64,000 bases of DNA from Alphaproteobacteria bacterium (GTDB lineage Bacteria > Pseudomonadota > Alphaproteobacteria > GCA-2731375), in NCBI GenBank assembly GCA_965225945.1, contig CBDDBZ010000036.1, forward strand, positions 352,001 to 416,000, in the 5' to 3' direction. The notes under the pieces were generated by a model. That model had not been told where the DNA came from. It was given only the letters and a program-made list of their open reading frames with translations, and ran no database searches. The translations under genes were made by a program, and so were the position numbers. Numbering within the stretch: the stretch's first letter is position 1; each line of letters begins with the position of its first letter. This document shows, one piece after another, positions 60,571 through 64,000 of the stretch.

Positions 60571-61943
60571 ATATCGTCATCTGCGGGGCCGGCCAGGTCG
60601 GCTTCCCGATCGCCCGTCAACTTGCGGAGGAACACAACGACATCACCATTGTCGACACGAACCCGCAGTTGATCCAAAGGGTCAACGACACCTTGGATGC
60701 GCAAGGAATGATTGGTTTTGCCTCGCATCCGGATGTATTGGAGCGGGCCGGCGTCGAGGACGCCGACATGCTGATCGCGGTGACCTACGCCGACGAGGTG
60801 AACATGGTCGCCTGCCAGGTCGCGCATTCTCTCTTCAACGTGCCGACCAAGATCGCCCGGGTCCGCGCCCAGAGTTACCTCAATCCGATCTGGCGCGATC
60901 TGTTCAGCCGCGACCACATGCCGATCGACGTCATCATCTCGCCCGAGATCGAGGTCGCGGAAGCCGTGGTGCGCCGCCTGCACGTACCCGGCGCATTCGA
61001 CACCATTCCCTTCGCCGAAGGCGCGGTACAGGTGATCGGTGTCTTCGTCGGCGAGGATTGCCCGGTGAGCGATACGCCGATGCGCCAGCTCACCGAGCTG
61101 TTCCCCGATCTCAACATCGTCGTCGTCGCCATCGTCCGGGGCGACCGGATGGTGGTGCCGACCGGGGACGACCAGATGCGGGCGGGCGACGAGATCTATT
61201 TCGTCGCCGACAGCAATCACGTCGCCCGCGCGATGGCGCTGTTCGGTCACGAGGAGCAAGAGGCGCGGCGGATGATCATTGTCGGCGGCGGCAACATCGG
61301 CCTCTATATCGCGGGCCTGATCGAGGGCGAGGACAGTGGCGTGCGCGTCAATTTGATCGAGCGCAATCCCGAGCGTGCGCGCCTGGTCGCCGACCGGCTG
61401 GAACACGCCGTCGTCATCAACGGCGACGCGCTCGACCGCGAGATCCTGAGCGAGGCGAACGTCGAGAGCACGGAAACGGTGGTCGCGGTCACCGACGATG
61501 ATCAAGTCAACATCCTGGTCTCGCTGCTGGCCAAGCGCCAGGGCACCGAACGGGTGGTGACGCTGATCAACAACGCGAGTTACGGACCGCTGATCTCCTC
61601 CCTCGGCATCGACGTCGCGGTCAATCCGCGCGCGACCACGGTCTCCTCGATCCTGCGACACGTCAGGCGCGGCCGCATTCGCGGCGTCTATAGCTTGCGC
61701 GACGGCATGGCGGAGATCATCGACGCCGAGGCGATGGAGACCTCCCCCCTGGTCGGCCAACCCTTGCGCGAGGCGCGCGTTCCCTCCGGCGTCATCGTCG
61801 GCGCCGTGGTCCGCGAGGGCACCATCGTGATCCCTCGGGGCGATACGGTGATCAAGACCGGCGACCGGGTGATCATGTTCGCGCTCGCCGACCGGGTCCG
61901 CCAGGTGGAGAAGATGTTCTCGGTTCGGATCGACTTCTTCTGA
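60567..61943 (+). CDS. trkA: Trk potassium transporter regulatory subunit
   Basis: Two RCK domains (GAGQVG, GGGNIG), DEVNMVACQVA. Confidence 0.96.
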   Translation: MNIVICGAGQVGFPIARQLAEEHNDITIVDTNPQLIQRVNDTLDAQGMIGFASHPDVLERAGVEDADMLIAVTYADEVNMVACQVAHSLFNVPTKIARVRAQSYLNPIWRDLFSRDHMPIDVIISPEIEVAEAVVRRLHVPGAFDTIPFAEGAVQVIGVFVGEDCPVSDTPMRQLTELFPDLNIVVVAIVRGDRMVVPTGDDQMRAGDEIYFVADSNHVARAMALFGHEEQEARRMIIVGGGNIGLYIAGLIEGEDSGVRVNLIERNPERARLVADRLEHAVVINGDALDREILSEANVESTETVVAVTDDDQVNILVSLLAKRQGTERVVTLINNASYGPLISSLGIDVAVNPRATTVSSILRHVRRGRIRGVYSLRDGMAEIIDAEAMETSPLVGQPLREARVPSGVIVGAVVREGTIVIPRGDTVIKTGDRVIMFALADRVRQVEKMFSVRIDFF

Positions 61944-62137
61944 TCGAAGGGGGCGGCGAGGGGGCGAAGCTTGCTATTGCCGGGATTCCCGACCATGTAG
62001 GGGAGGTGCCGCCTCCGAACCGGCGTGGGACGCGATCCGAACGGCCAGAGGTGGCGGCATCCCCTCGTGTATCGGGGCGCCGGCCCCGAGATGACAAGGA
62101 AGAATGGCGTAACAACGAATAAAGGGTTCGCTTTCCG

Positions 62138-62395
62138 ATGTCAGAACGCTCGCACAACGTCCAGGACGTGTTTCTCAACCATGTCCGCAAAAACCACACT
62201 CCCGTCACGGTGTTCCTGGTAAACGGCGTCAAGTTGCAAGGCGCGATCAGCGGCTTCGACAACTTTTGCGTGCTGTTGAAGCGCGACGCCCACATCCAGT
62301 TGGTCTACAAGCACGCGATTTCGACGGTCATGCCGGCGACACCGGTACAGCTTTACGACCCCGCGCAGACCGAGGAGGTGACCGAGTCGGCGTGA
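62138..62395 (+). CDS. hfq: RNA chaperone Hfq
   Basis: [26 protein letters not shown]. Confidence 0.98.
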   Translation: MSERSHNVQDVFLNHVRKNHTPVTVFLVNGVKLQGAISGFDNFCVLLKRDAHIQLVYKHAISTVMPATPVQLYDPAQTEEVTESA

Positions 62396-63726
62396 GCGAA
62401 CGGTTTCACGCCGCCGAGGGCGGGCCGGGCGCCAGCGGGCGCTGCCTCGTCATCCATCCCGATGTCGGCCGCGCCGCGGCGCGGACCCCGGAGGCGATGC
62501 TGGAAGAGGCGGTGGGCCTCGCGCGCGCCATCGACCTCGAGGTCGTCCATGGCGAAGTGGTGCCGCTCCCGCGCGCGCGGGCCAAGACGCTGCTGGGCAC
62601 CGGCAAGGTGGTGGCGCTCGCCGATGCCGTGCGCGAGCTCGAGGCGGAACTGGTGGTGGTGAACGCGCCGCTCGGTCCCGTGCAGCAACGAAATCTCGAA
62701 ACCGCCTTCAATTGCAAGGTGATCGACCGGACAGGCCTGATCCTGGAGATCTTCGGCGCCCGGGCGCGAAGCCGCGAGGGCCGGCTCCAAGTCGATCTCG
62801 CCCAGCTCACCTACCAGCGCGGCCGGCTGGTCCGGACCTGGACTCATCTGGAGCGCCAGCGCGGTGGTCTCGGCGCCGTCGGCGGGCCGGGTGAAACCCA
62901 ATTGGAGGCTGACCGGCGGATGCTCGACCGGCGGATCGAGTCGATCGCCAAGCGGCTCGACGGCGTTCGACGCACGCGCGAGTTGCAGCGCCGCCGCCGG
63001 CGCCAGGCGCCCCATCCGGTGGTGGCGCTGGTGGGCTATACCAACGCGGGCAAGTCGACCCTCTTCAATCGGCTGAGCCGGGCCGCGGTTTTCGCCGAGG
63101 ATCAGCTCTTCGCCACCCTCGACCCGAGCCTGCGCGGCATCGATCTGCCGCGCGCCGGGCGGATCCTCTTGGCCGACACGGTCGGCTTCGTCGCCGAGCT
63201 GCCGACCCATCTGGTGGTGGCCTTCCGCGCGACCCTCGAGGAATTGCGGGAGGCGAGCGTCATCCTGCACGTCCGCGACATCGCCCACCCGGACCGCGAG
63301 GCCCAGCGTCTCGACGTCGAGACGGTGCTGGGCGAACTCGACCTGCTCGGCGCGGACGGACCCCCGCTGCTCGAGGTCTGGAACAAGATAGACCTGCTGG
63401 ATCCCTCGGGCCGGGCCGAGGTGGGCGCGAGCGACGGCGATCGGCCGGATCGGGTGGCCCTTTCGGCGTTGAGCGGCGAGGCGTGCGAGCGGCTTCTCGC
63501 CCGCTTGGACCAGATGCTGGCGCCGGCGCGGCAACTGCTCGACGTGTGCTTGGCCCCGGACGACGGCGCCGCGCTCGCCTGGTTGCATGCCCACGGCGAG
63601 GTCGTGGCCCGCGAGGCCGACGAGACCGCCCTACGGCTCCGCGTCGCCCTGACCGCCGCCGATCTCGGGCGCTGGCGCAAGTGGGCCGGTGACAGGCCTT
63701 GGGAGGTCGGCGAAACCTCGCCATGA
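62392..63726 (+). CDS. hflX: GTPase HflX
   Basis: [36 protein letters not shown]; GTG start overlapping the hfq stop. Confidence 0.96.
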   Translation: MSERFHAAEGGPGASGRCLVIHPDVGRAAARTPEAMLEEAVGLARAIDLEVVHGEVVPLPRARAKTLLGTGKVVALADAVRELEAELVVVNAPLGPVQQRNLETAFNCKVIDRTGLILEIFGARARSREGRLQVDLAQLTYQRGRLVRTWTHLERQRGGLGAVGGPGETQLEADRRMLDRRIESIAKRLDGVRRTRELQRRRRRQAPHPVVALVGYTNAGKSTLFNRLSRAAVFAEDQLFATLDPSLRGIDLPRAGRILLADTVGFVAELPTHLVVAFRATLEELREASVILHVRDIAHPDREAQRLDVETVLGELDLLGADGPPLLEVWNKIDLLDPSGRAEVGASDGDRPDRVALSALSGEACERLLARLDQMLAPARQLLDVCLAPDDGAALAWLHAHGEVVAREADETALRLRVALTAADLGRWRKWAGDRPWEVGETSP

Positions 63727-63943
63727 ACCGGGCGGCGCCGGCTCGGCCTAGCTTGGTGTGGCGCGGAAATCGTGGCGGCGAGGGCGCGCGCCCGCGGATC
63801 GAGCAAGGGCGGATCGCGCTCGGTTCGCGTGTGATGGCGCCCCGAGCCCGGGATCCTTCATCCCTGGCCTCGAGATCGATTTGGCGTCGAACCTCAGAGG
63901 CGGATGCCCGGTCGGGTCGTGCCGCGGGCCGGGTTTTGCGCGG

Positions 63944-63967
63944 GGGAAGCGGGGGAACCCGCTTCCC
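63944..63967. terminator. GC-rich hairpin, possible terminator
   Basis: GGGAAGCGGG-GGAA-CCCGCTTCCC; no clear U-tract. Confidence 0.45.
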
Positions 63968-64000
63968 GACCGTGACCGTTTGGATTCCAGTTGTTCCGTA

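Overview
High-GC alphaproteobacterial chromosome, Rhodospirillales-like by gene content and order. About 14-27.7 kb and 37.9-63.7 kb are mostly ordinary core genes: dnaE, lolDE, proS, folE, queD/queE, tRNA-Leu-tig-clpP-clpX-lon-hupB-tRNA-Val, and dusB-ntrBC-ntrYX-trkA-hfq-hflX. Two accessory zones stand out. (1) 0.56-13.96 kb is an IS-riddled, decayed phage or satellite remnant. It holds two inverted IS1182-family copies in CTAG sites, a two-ORF IS3-like element with an unusually long 14-bp target duplication, an IS256 lacking a target duplication, a truncated IS91-associated integrase, a frameshifted terminase small subunit, a doubly inactivated integrase and an orphan tRNA-Leu(TAA) 3' half. 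(2) 28.3-37.7 kb is a tandem [A-cargo-B][A'-cargo-B'] arrangement of two different cargoes (a sugar ABC operon and a TPR adenylate cyclase). Each unit is bounded by diverged direct repeats, and the B repeat carries a hairpin/AATGTCG motif that also occurs next to the IS91-type integrase. The ABC ATPase gene is split by a transposase-less, cargo-carrying IS1595-like cassette. All family assignments come from recognising motifs by eye; no database search was run.
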